From contig CANQMG010000001.1 in assembly GCA_947624925.1 (NCBI GenBank), positions 1 to 41,940 of the forward strand: a stretch of 41,940 bases of DNA, in the 5' to 3' direction. A program made the position numbers and the translations under genes. Numbering within the stretch: the stretch's first letter is position 1; each line of letters begins with the position of its first letter. Source of the DNA: an uncultured Clostridia bacterium (GTDB lineage: Bacteria; Bacillota; Clostridia; TANB77; CAG-508). The notes under the pieces were generated by a model. The model made no database searches. It was not told where the DNA came from and was given only the letters and a program-made list of their open reading frames with translations. Shown one piece after another: positions 7,602-16,706 of this stretch.

Positions 7602-8601
7602 CTATAAGTTAGATATAAAAAAAATTTTTTTATTTTTTATTAAAATTTTTACTTTTTTATTTGGAATTAAGTATTTGTTTCCAATATTCTTTTTACATAA
7701 TTTTATTATGTCATCAATATGCTTTTTTTCTATTCCTTTATTATTCCCAAAAAGTTCATTAATAGTATATAACACAAGTCTATTTTTTATTACATTTTCT
7801 AACTCGTTAAACATTTTTAAATCTAATATTATTTGTTTAGATTGCTTGTCTTCTTCTATTAATATCTTTTTATACTCTTTTTTTGTAATACTATCTAAAT
7901 AATCATTTTCTTCTTTAATAAGATTTGATAATCTATTTATTGTTTCTATGATATTGGGATTAAATTCCTCTTGTATTTTTGGAATTAATATGTTTCTAAT
8001 TTTATTTCGTGTATATGTATTTTCTTTATTTGTTTTATCTATTCTTGGATTTAAATTATTTTCATTACAATAATTTTCAATTTCTTCTCTGCTACATTCT
8101 ATTAATGGTCTTATTATATTTTTTCTTATTGGTTCAATTCCTTTTAAACCGTTAGTTCCGCTACCTCTTATCAAATTCATTAAAACAGTTTCGGCATTAT
8201 CATTTTTGCTATGTGCTATTGCAATTTTGTTTGAATTTGTTTTTTCTAATATTTCATTAAAAAATTCATATCTTACATTTCTTCCAGCTTCTTCAGTTCC
8301 TATTTTTTTTAGTTTAGCAATTTCCTCTACTTTTATTCTTTTTACAAAATATTTTATATTGTTTTTTTTGCAATAATTTATTACATATTCTTCATCACTT
8401 ATTGCTTCTTCTCTAATTAAATGGTTTACATGTGCTACATATATTTCAAACGAAATTTCTAATTCATTATTATTTTTAATTTCTTTTAAAATATTTAATA
8501 AACTAATAGAATCTGGTCCTCCAGATACTCCGAACCACGATTCTATCTTTATTACTTATTAAATTATATTTTTTTATTGTATTTATTACTTTTTGTTTCA
8601 T
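7602..8601 (-). pseudogene. tilS: tRNA(Ile)-lysidine synthase TilS, reading frame broken by one extra nucleotide near 8532 (true frameshift or sequence error)
   Basis: ATG 8601-8599 (SD AGGAAG) gives MKQKVINTIKKYNLISNKDRIVV, then runs into a stop. Skipping one base (minus-strand GTT-c-GGA) gives GVSGGPDS (PP-loop), continuous with the 7602-8180 ORF (LMNLIRGSG...). The span is 1000 nt, i.e. 3n+1. Confidence 0.85.
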
Positions 8602-8618
8602 TTAATCTTCCTTGTTCA

Positions 8619-9005
8619 TTACATATTTTCTAGTTTTTTTATTAAAGCTCTAAGCAATTTTATGTATTCATTTTTTATGTTATTGTATATCTGCCTTGAA
8701 ATATCCTGATTATATAAATGAGATAATTGATTTCTAGATAACATCATATCTATCCACTTTTCTCCATCATCAATTATACCCTGTTTAAATCCTTGTTGGA
8801 TAACTTCTCTTGGACTACCAGTTTTTTCTGATATTCCCATATAGTCTAAATAATCTTTTATAGTTTTCCATGCAAGTTCAAATGTAAATTCAAATCTATG
8901 TAATATTCCATCAATTACTATTTCTGTGCATTCCTCGGTTAACGCTTCTTCTAATTTATTATATGCTTTTATTAAATCTTCTTTTCTTTGTATAAACCTT
9001 TCCAT
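8619..9005 (-). CDS. HEPN-domain protein of the HI0074 / nucleotidyltransferase substrate-binding family (HepT-like toxin)
   Basis: 128 aa. FEFTFELAWKTIKDYL core and R-x4-H motif (RNQLSH). 1-nt overlap with the upstream MNT gene. Confidence 0.85.
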   Translation of the reverse strand: MERFIQRKEDLIKAYNKLEEALTEECTEIVIDGILHRFEFTFELAWKTIKDYLDYMGISEKTGSPREVIQQGFKQGIIDDGEKWIDMMLSRNQLSHLYNQDISRQIYNNIKNEYIKLLRALIKKLENM

Positions 9006-9292
9006 TATATTTCAACTCCTTCATTCAATATAGAGTTAATTATATTTTTTCCTAGATTTTCATTCATAAAAAGTAAATCAATAGTGTATGGTATATCTAG
9101 TTTATCTATATCGTTTCTAATTAAAAACTTTTCTTTCTCTGTAACATTTCCAAATACAGCTATATCTATATCTGAATTTGGTTTATATTTTTCCTTGGCT
9201 CTTGAGCCAAATAATATAAATTTGTAATTGTATTTGTTTGATATTTCTTTTATCATTCTATATATTTTTTCAGACAAACCATACATATCCAT
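9005..9292 (-). CDS. Minimal nucleotidyltransferase (MNT, HI0073-like; MntA-type antitoxin)
   Basis: 95 aa. GS-x10-DxD pattern (LFGSRAKEKYKPNSDIDIAV). Confidence 0.85.
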   Translation of the reverse strand: MDMYGLSEKIYRMIKEISNKYNYKFILFGSRAKEKYKPNSDIDIAVFGNVTEKEKFLIRNDIDKLDIPYTIDLLFMNENLGKNIINSILNEGVEI

Positions 9293-9308
9293 TAATCCTT
9301 CCCAGATT

Positions 9309-10643
9309 TTACTCTCTATGTTTTTCTATATTGACAAATTTTGTGTAATTTCCTAGCCATAATAATTCTACTGTTCCTGTTGAGCCACCTCTATGTTTTG
9401 CAATTATTACTTCTGCTACATTTTTCTTTTCGCTATCTTCATTATAATAGTCATCTCTATATAAAAACATTACTATATCTGCGTCTTGTTCTATAGCTCC
9501 AGATTCACGCAGGTCTGATAGCATTGGTCTATGGTCTGGTCTTTGCTCTGGTGCTCTTGATAATTGTGAAAGTGCTACTACTGGTACATTAATTTCTTTT
9601 GCTAGTATTTTTAATGAACGACTTATTTCAGATATTTCTTGTTCACGGCTTCCTACTTTTCTGCTATTACTTCCTTGAACTAACTGCAGATAATCTATTA
9701 CTACTAGTCCAATATTTTTTTCTAATTTTAATTTTCTACATTTTGCTCTAATTTCCATAATAGATATTCCTGGTGTATCATCTATATAAATATTTGCTTC
9801 TGATAATGGACCTAATGCACCTGCAAGTTTTACCCAGTCATCTTCTTCTATTTTTCCTGTCCTTACTTTATTGCTATCTACCATTGCCTCACTACATAGT
9901 ATTCTATTTACTAATTGTTCTTTTGACATTTCTAAGCTAAATAGTGCAACACTCGTTCCACCTTTTAGTGCGGCATTTGTAGCAATATTTAAAGCAAATG
10001 CTGTTTTTCCCATTGCAGGTCTTGCTGCAATTAATATTAAATCTGATTCGTGTAAACCTGCTGTTTTATAATCTAAATCCGTAAATCCAGTAGTTACACC
10101 TGTTATATGTTGTTTTTGATTATACAATTTTTCTAATTGTGAAAATGTATCTACTAAAACATCTTTAATAGGTGTATATCCCTTTTGATTTCTTTTTTGC
10201 ATTATATCAAATATTTTCTTTTCTGCTTGATCCATTAGTTCTTCTACTTCTTGTGTTTCATCATATCCTAATGTAATTATATCATTTGCAGTTTTTATAA
10301 GATTTCTTAATATTGATTTTTCTTCAACTATTTTTATGTATTTATCTACATTTGCAGTAGTTGGTACTTTTTCTGGAAGATCTGCTAAATATTCTAGTCC
10401 ACCTACGCTATCGAATTTTCCCATAGAAGTAAGTTCTGATTTTATCGTAATAATATCTATAGGCTCTCCTATATTATATAAATTTAAAATAGCTTTATAA
10501 ATTGTTTTATTATCTTCTCTATAAAAATCATCTTCTTTTAGTACTTCTATAGCAGCAATAACAGCTTCTTTATCTGTTAACATACTTCCTAAAACTGCTT
10601 GCTCTGCTTCTATATCATGTGGTGGTATTTTTCCTATATCCAT
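9309..10643 (-). CDS. dnaB: Replicative DNA helicase DnaB
   Basis: 444 aa. N-terminal PPHDIEAEQAVLGSML. Walker A ARPAMGKT. RecA-like C-terminal domain. Confidence 0.95.
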   Translation of the reverse strand: MDIGKIPPHDIEAEQAVLGSMLTDKEAVIAAIEVLKEDDFYREDNKTIYKAILNLYNIGEPIDIITIKSELTSMGKFDSVGGLEYLADLPEKVPTTANVDKYIKIVEEKSILRNLIKTANDIITLGYDETQEVEELMDQAEKKIFDIMQKRNQKGYTPIKDVLVDTFSQLEKLYNQKQHITGVTTGFTDLDYKTAGLHESDLILIAARPAMGKTAFALNIATNAALKGGTSVALFSLEMSKEQLVNRILCSEAMVDSNKVRTGKIEEDDWVKLAGALGPLSEANIYIDDTPGISIMEIRAKCRKLKLEKNIGLVVIDYLQLVQGSNSRKVGSREQEISEISRSLKILAKEINVPVVALSQLSRAPEQRPDHRPMLSDLRESGAIEQDADIVMFLYRDDYYNEDSEKKNVAEVIIAKHRGGSTGTVELLWLGNYTKFVNIEKHRE

Positions 10644-10656
10644 ATTTGCACCTCAT

Positions 10657-11100
10657 TTAATTATCTATCTCTACTTTTAATTTTGATGTTATTCCCTCAT
10701 ATAATTTTATTTCTATATTAAAGATTCCTATTTCTTTAATTGGTTCTTTTAAATTAATTTTCTTTTTATCAACTTCAATATTGTATGAATTTTTTAATTC
10801 ACTTGCAATTTCTTTTGATGTAATTGAACCAAATAATTTTCCGTTATCTCCTGTTTTTACTTTAATTTTTAATGTCATTTTTGATAATTTTTCTGCGATT
10901 TGTTTTGCATTTTCAATTTCTAATGATTTTTTATGTTCTGCTGAAGCCTTTCTTCCTTCTAATTTATTCATATTTTCATTGTCTGCTTGTATTGCAATTT
11001 TTTTAGGTAATAAATAATTTCTTGCATATCCGTCACTTGCTTCAATTATTTGGTCTTTTTTTCCTAATCCTTTAACGTCTTGTGTTAATATTAGTTTCAT
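10657..11100 (-). CDS. rplI: 50S ribosomal protein L9
   Basis: 147 aa. MKLILTQDVKGLGKKDQIIEASDGYARNYLLP is the canonical L9 N-terminus. Conserved position between gdpP and dnaB. Confidence 0.95.
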   Translation of the reverse strand: MKLILTQDVKGLGKKDQIIEASDGYARNYLLPKKIAIQADNENMNKLEGRKASAEHKKSLEIENAKQIAEKLSKMTLKIKVKTGDNGKLFGSITSKEIASELKNSYNIEVDKKKINLKEPIKEIGIFNIEIKLYEGITSKLKVEIDN

Positions 11101-11109
11101 ATATACCTC

Positions 11110-13101
11110 CTAATTTTCTAAAAAATATTCTTCTATTTTTTCTTTTAAATCTTGTTTTACTTCTTCAATTGTTTTATCTTCTACTTGAGCTCCTGCAACA
11201 GTTATATGACCTCCACCGCCAAGTTTCTCTAGAATTAATTGTACATTTATATCACCAATTGAACGTCCACTTACAAAAACTTTATTATCATTTTTTCCTA
11301 TTACAAATGATGCAGTTATATCACTTATTGTTAATAATTCATCTGCTGCTTTTGCACATATTAAATTCGTATCTTTTTCGTCTTTTTCGTATACTGATAT
11401 ACCTATAGTATCGTTTATTATTTCAACATTTTTTACAATTTCTGATATAGTTTTATAGTTTTCTAAATTACTTTGAAATAATTTTTTTACTCTAATTATA
11501 TCAACCCCACATTTTCTTAAATATGCTGCAGCCTCAAATGTTCTAACTCCTGTTTTAAATGTAAAATTTTTAGTATCCATCATAATTCCAGCATAAAGAG
11601 CCTCTGTTTCTGCTGTATTTAATTCCACCTTTTTACTTATATATTGCAATAATTCTGTTACAAGTTCTGCTGCTGATGATGCATATACTTCATGGAAAGT
11701 TAGAATTGCTTTTTCTATAAATTCTGGGCTTTTTCTATGATGATCTATTATTACCACATTATTAGTTTGTTCAATTAATTCTGGTATTTCTACATAGCTA
11801 TATTTATGTGTATCCACAATAATTAATAGTGTATCTTCACTAATTTTAGACATAGCTTCATTTTTATTTATAAATATATCTTTATATTCTTCATTATTTT
11901 TTATTAATTCCATTAAGCTATCTATTGATGTAGTATTTTTATTGCTTATTATATATGCTTCTTTTCCTAAAGTTTTAGCTATTTTATATATTCCTAAACT
12001 TGAGCCTAATGAATCTATATCTGGATTTGTATGTCCCATAATCATTATTTCTTTTGAGTCTGTTATAAGTTTTTCTAGAGCGTGTGCTACAGTTCTTGCT
12101 TTTACCTTTGTTCTCTTTTCTACTTCTAAAGATCTTCCTCCAAAGAAACTATATTTTCCGTCTTCTCTAACTACAGCCTGATCTCCTCCTCTACCTAAAA
12201 CAATATCCATAGCTGCTTGAGCCGTTTTGTATTTTTCATAGTTAGATTCTCCTTCATTTGTAACAGCAATGCTTAATGTTACAGGAATTGATTCTTCTAT
12301 TTCTATTTCTTTTATACTATCTAATATATTAAATTTTTCTTCTTTAATTTGTGCTAAATATTTTTGCTCAAATACATATACATATGTATTTCTATCAGAT
12401 TTTATAATTATTCCATTTGTAGTTCCAGCCCAATCATAAATAACTTTTTCAACCTCTGCAGTTATTTGTGGTTTTCTTTCATCTGATATTCTTTGCATCA
12501 TCTCATCATAGTTATCTACTACAAGTATTCCAACACATGTATTAATATCTTTTACATTTTGAAGTGCTTGTTCATATTCTGTAATATCTATAAAATATAA
12601 TGTCATCATATATTCTGTTTGTTTTTTCTTTTTAGATTTTACATATTCTCCTAAGATTTGATATGTCTTTTTTCCAATTTTTAATTTACTTTTTATAGAT
12701 GTATATTTTTTATTATTTTCTACTTCTTTTTTTAATTCTTGTAATAAATCTTTTAAAACATTTTTTATATCTATATTTGCAAACTCATTTACAAACTTAA
12801 CACTTTTCCATATAATATTTCCATCTGTTTCTGCAATTACAAGTGGAAATGGAGAATTTATAAGGTTATTTTTTGCAGTTGTATCTACACTTGTAGTTAA
12901 ATCTTCTATATGTTTTGTTAATTCTGTTACTTTTTTATTATGTGTCCAGTAAGTATATGCAAGTAATGCCACATATATTGCTATAGCTGGCATAATAAAT
13001 TCTATATTTTGTATACATATTACTACTAATAATATGGCAATTACTATTAAATATATTTTTGTTTTTGATATAAAATTTTCAAATTTTTTATTATTAGGCA
13101 T
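11110..13101 (-). CDS. gdpP: GdpP/YybT-type DHH-DHHA1 phosphodiesterase (c-di-AMP phosphodiesterase family)
   Basis: Two N-terminal TM helices, then a PAS/degenerate GGDEF-like middle. DHH motifs (GHTNPDIDSLGS, IDHHR) and DHHA1 GGGGH. Start moved to ATG 13101 (SD AAGGAGAG 4 nt upstream). Confidence 0.85.
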   Translation of the reverse strand: MPNNKKFENFISKTKIYLIVIAILLVVICIQNIEFIMPAIAIYVALLAYTYWTHNKKVTELTKHIEDLTTSVDTTAKNNLINSPFPLVIAETDGNIIWKSVKFVNEFANIDIKNVLKDLLQELKKEVENNKKYTSIKSKLKIGKKTYQILGEYVKSKKKKQTEYMMTLYFIDITEYEQALQNVKDINTCVGILVVDNYDEMMQRISDERKPQITAEVEKVIYDWAGTTNGIIIKSDRNTYVYVFEQKYLAQIKEEKFNILDSIKEIEIEESIPVTLSIAVTNEGESNYEKYKTAQAAMDIVLGRGGDQAVVREDGKYSFFGGRSLEVEKRTKVKARTVAHALEKLITDSKEIMIMGHTNPDIDSLGSSLGIYKIAKTLGKEAYIISNKNTTSIDSLMELIKNNEEYKDIFINKNEAMSKISEDTLLIIVDTHKYSYVEIPELIEQTNNVVIIDHHRKSPEFIEKAILTFHEVYASSAAELVTELLQYISKKVELNTAETEALYAGIMMDTKNFTFKTGVRTFEAAAYLRKCGVDIIRVKKLFQSNLENYKTISEIVKNVEIINDTIGISVYEKDEKDTNLICAKAADELLTISDITASFVIGKNDNKVFVSGRSIGDINVQLILEKLGGGGHITVAGAQVEDKTIEEVKQDLKEKIEEYFLEN

Positions 13102-13180
13102 ACTTCTCTCCTTTATATAACACATATATTTTACCTCATTTAGCTATGTTCTGTCAAGGTTGTTATATTGTTATAAGTAA

Positions 13181-13220
13181 TAAAAAACCTCTTTTCCAAT
13201 TTATTTTGAATGGAAAAGAG
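13181..13220 (-). terminator. Intrinsic terminator after the REC-GGDEF gene
   Basis: Minus strand CTCTTTTCCA / 12-nt loop / TGGAAAAGAG followed by GTTTTTT. Confidence 0.6.
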
Positions 13221-13278
13221 ATACAATAAAATTATTTTTTATATTAAGTAGTCTCTGGTCTTACATTATAAATCTTTA

Positions 13279-14202
13279 TTATTTTCTCCTATTAATTGCA
13301 TATGAACTACCAATTTTTGTTTTTGCTAGATGTTTTACTTGCGCACCAACTTCTGCAATTTCAAGTGCATTATCATACTTTCCAGCTTCTACAACAACTA
13401 CGGCTATAGATATAGATGTTAATGGAAATTCTTCTATTATTCCTTTTCTATTTGCTACTTCAAAATATCCTTTTTCTATTTCTTCTTCGGAGAAAAATTT
13501 TAAAATATTATTATCAAATTCTTCTATTATAGATTTGCATATTTTATTATAATCTTCATTATATAATATAGCAACGAAATCATCTCCACCTATATGTCCT
13601 ATAAATGTATTTTCACTATCACTATTATGTACTTGATTTATTATAGTTTTTGCAGTAAATTTTATGATTTCGTCACCCTTTAAAAATCCATAAATATCGT
13701 TATATGCTTTAAAGTTATCTAAGTCTAAATATAATATTGCAAAATTTTCCTTCTTTAATAATCTTTTCTTTATTTCTACTTGAATTTGAACATTTCCAGG
13801 TAATCCTGTTAATGGACTTATTCTTCTATTCATATTCATTAATCTTATTATATTTTTTATAGTATAATATAAATACTCGTTATCTATGGGAGCTTTAATG
13901 TAATATTCTATTGATTTTTTTAGTACATCAATTCTATGGCATCTATCTTTATTTGATGTTATAACTATTATTGGTGTTATGTTGTTATCGTTGTTTTCCC
14001 TTATTTTCTCACATAAATTAACTATATCCATTTTTGTATTATCTTCATTTATTATTATTAGTGATGGTATATTTTTTAATGCAACATCTAAATTATCTGT
14101 TTCAACGCTTTTAAAAATATAGTTATTTTCTTCTTTAAATATCTGTGTTAAATTTTGTATTAAATTATTATCATCATCAATTATATAAATTTCTTGAAAC
14201 AT
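13279..14202 (-). CDS. Receiver-like domain fused to a GGDEF-family domain with variant GGDDF motif
   Basis: 307 aa. N-terminal CheY-like fold (IIDDD..., KAP). C-terminal PLTGLPGN...LDLDNFKAYNDIYG...IGGDDF. Confidence 0.75.
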   Translation of the reverse strand: MFQEIYIIDDDNNLIQNLTQIFKEENNYIFKSVETDNLDVALKNIPSLIIINEDNTKMDIVNLCEKIRENNDNNITPIIVITSNKDRCHRIDVLKKSIEYYIKAPIDNEYLYYTIKNIIRLMNMNRRISPLTGLPGNVQIQVEIKKRLLKKENFAILYLDLDNFKAYNDIYGFLKGDEIIKFTAKTIINQVHNSDSENTFIGHIGGDDFVAILYNEDYNKICKSIIEEFDNNILKFFSEEEIEKGYFEVANRKGIIEEFPLTSISIAVVVVEAGKYDNALEIAEVGAQVKHLAKTKIGSSYAINRRK

Positions 14203-14229
14203 AATTTATCTCCTATATTTTTCATTTGT

Positions 14230-15153
14230 TTATGGTGTATAAGTAGTTTTTACTCTTTTTTCCGTTGTTCCTTTATTTACATTAGTTGCTGTTACAATTA
14301 TTTTGTTTTCTCCTTCTACTAATTTAATTCTGTGATTAACCTCTTGTGCAATACTTATGCTTAGTTTATAGGTTTGTCCATTTATGCTATATTGTACAGA
14401 TTCAACAGCTTCTTCATCTGTTATTACCATATATACATATTGTCCTTTTCTTGTTAATTCTATTTCTGGTTTCTTAGCACCTTTAACATCTTTTGTTTCT
14501 ACAGTTATATTATTATATTCATCTGTTGCAGTAATTATTAATGTATTTAATCCTAATGGAACGTCAATTTCTTGTTCTATTAAACTTGCATTTTCACCAA
14601 TTGGAATTGACTGGTCCTCTTCATTGTTCCATTTATAATATACAGATACTATCTTAACTTGCGAAGTTATTGTAACTTTTACTTTATTAAATTCCATTGA
14701 AGTAACTTCTATAATTGGTTTTTCTACTTCTCCATTTATTTCTTCTTCTTTTGTTGTTTCTTTTCCGTTTACATCTATTGCCTTAACAACAAGTTTATTT
14801 TTTCCTGTTGGTACTGATATTGTTGTCATATAACTATTATCATTTATTTCTTCTTGTACAACTTCATCATCATCATTCCATTTATATATTACTGCAGATA
14901 ACTGTTTATCATGAGTTACTTTTATACTAACATTATAGCTTACTGTTTCGATTTCTATTGTAGGCTCTGTTTCAGTAACTACGGTATTTTCGTTATTATT
15001 TCCCTTTTCTTTTTTTTCTTTGGGCTTATTAATTATTGCAATTGTTAAAATAATTAAACCAAATATTATTATACCAATAGCAAAAATCAATAGAACTTTT
15101 TTTGTATCTATTGAACTTTTCTTTTTGTCTTGAACATATAATATTTGATTCAT
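14230..15153 (-). CDS. Membrane-anchored protein with three tandem Ig-like repeats, unknown function
   Basis: N-terminal TM (LLIFAIGIIIFGLIILTIAII). Three ~75-80-aa modules share V.V/I.....Y.WN/IN ... G.N.L/I.V.A.D/N. Start placed at ATG 15153 (SD GAGGTGA) rather than the TTG at 15177. Confidence 0.6.
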   Translation of the reverse strand: MNQILYVQDKKKSSIDTKKVLLIFAIGIIIFGLIILTIAIINKPKEKKEKGNNNENTVVTETEPTIEIETVSYNVSIKVTHDKQLSAVIYKWNDDDEVVQEEINDNSYMTTISVPTGKNKLVVKAIDVNGKETTKEEEINGEVEKPIIEVTSMEFNKVKVTITSQVKIVSVYYKWNNEEDQSIPIGENASLIEQEIDVPLGLNTLIITATDEYNNITVETKDVKGAKKPEIELTRKGQYVYMVITDEEAVESVQYSINGQTYKLSISIAQEVNHRIKLVEGENKIIVTATNVNKGTTEKRVKTTYTP

Positions 15154-15215
15154 CTTTTTCACCTCTTTTGTTTTCAATTATAACATACTTCTAAATTGTT
15201 GTAAATATTTAATTT

Positions 15216-16634
15216 TTAAGATTTTGTAGGTACTCTAATTACAACTTCTGTACCTTCTCCTTTTTGACTTTTTATATCAATTGTACCGTTATTTCTATCT
15301 AATATTTCCTTTGCTATAGATAATCCTAATCCTGTACCTCCCATTTCCCTAGTACGTGCTTTATCTACTCTATAAAATCTTTCAAATATTCTTTTTAAAT
15401 CTTCCTCTGGAATACCAATACCGTTATCTATAATTTTTATATAGGCATCATTATATACAAATCCTACATAAATTTTTATATTTCCTCCCTCTTTAGTATA
15501 TTTTATACTATTTGTTAGGATATTTAATATTACTCTTTCTATTCCATCTTTATCTGCATAAACAGGTGGCACATTGGCTGTAACAAAACATTCAACATTA
15601 TGTTTTTTCTTTTCTATTTCGATTTGAACCTTTTCTTGACATTGCTTTACAAGCTCACCTAAATCAAATGTTGTTTTTTCTTGCAATACTAAATTATTAT
15701 CAAATCTAGATAATGTTAATAAATCTGTAACTAATTTTGCCATTCTTCTTGCTTCTGTTGCAATTACATTTAAGAATTTTACTTGTGTATCTTTTTCATA
15801 TTCTCCTTCTAAAAGAGTATCGGCATATCCCATTATTGATGTTATTGGTGTTTTTAATTCATGTGATACATCTGCTACAAATTCTTTTCTCATATTATCT
15901 AGTTTTACATGTTCTGTTATATCTTGTATCATAACCATAATTCCAGAAGGTCTATCATTTTCATCTTTAAACTGTGCAAAAAATAAATTTATATATTTAT
16001 CTCCAACTGTTATCCTTTGCTCAGATGATGTCCAATCTTCTAAATATATTAATTTTTCCATATTTATATCAATATTAAGATTTGAATTAAATATTTTTCT
16101 AAAATTATTATCGTCTGGCATTAGCCTTAAAAGTCTTGTAGCAGCAGGATTAACTAGTATTACATTTCCTTCCATATTAAATGCTATTATTCCATCTGTC
16201 ATATGAAGAACTATGGTTTCTATTTGTTTCTTTTGTCTTGTTATTTCTGTTATATTTTGCTTTAATTCGTTTGTCATAAGATTAAATGCATTAACAAGTT
16301 CATTTATTTCGTTATTATCTTTTTTATCTTCTATATATTTTATATCTACTTCTTCCCCTGCAACTAGCTTTTCTATATTATTTATTAAACTTGATAATGG
16401 TTTATTGGTATGTCTTATAGCAATTAGCCCCATTATAATACAAAAAAAACAATATCCTATTAATAAATATATTGATATTTCAAATATCTTTTCTGTTTTA
16501 ATATTTATTATGTCTTGACTAATATTTTGTATATTGGTCAAGTCCACAATGTACATACAACACAATCCACTAATTATTAATATACCTAAAATGAAAAATA
16601 TTAAAACTATTTTTAATTGCGTATTTTTTAACAT
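15216..16634 (-). CDS. Sensor histidine kinase (TM-HAMP-PAS-HisKA-HATPase), WalK/VicK-like
   Basis: 472 aa. Two TM segments. H-box FVADVSHELKTPITS. N, G1 and G2 boxes (NSIKYT, DNGIGIP, GGTGLGLSI). Confidence 0.85.
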   Translation of the reverse strand: MLKNTQLKIVLIFFILGILIISGLCCMYIVDLTNIQNISQDIINIKTEKIFEISIYLLIGYCFFCIIMGLIAIRHTNKPLSSLINNIEKLVAGEEVDIKYIEDKKDNNEINELVNAFNLMTNELKQNITEITRQKKQIETIVLHMTDGIIAFNMEGNVILVNPAATRLLRLMPDDNNFRKIFNSNLNIDINMEKLIYLEDWTSSEQRITVGDKYINLFFAQFKDENDRPSGIMVMIQDITEHVKLDNMRKEFVADVSHELKTPITSIMGYADTLLEGEYEKDTQVKFLNVIATEARRMAKLVTDLLTLSRFDNNLVLQEKTTFDLGELVKQCQEKVQIEIEKKKHNVECFVTANVPPVYADKDGIERVILNILTNSIKYTKEGGNIKIYVGFVYNDAYIKIIDNGIGIPEEDLKRIFERFYRVDKARTREMGGTGLGLSIAKEILDRNNGTIDIKSQKGEGTEVVIRVPTKS

Positions 16635-16663
16635 ATTATTTCCTCTATTTCAAAATTAAAATT

Positions 16664-16699
16664 AAAAAAGCGTATACGGCAATAATAACCGACAACGCT
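16664..16699 (-). promoter_or_regulatory. GC-rich imperfect hairpin plus T-run between the response-regulator and kinase genes
   Basis: Minus strand AGCGT-tgt-CGG / loop / CCG-tat-ACGCT followed by TTTTTT. It sits in the 72-nt gap inside an apparent operon. Confidence 0.35.
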
Positions 16700-16706
16700 C
16701 CCACTT

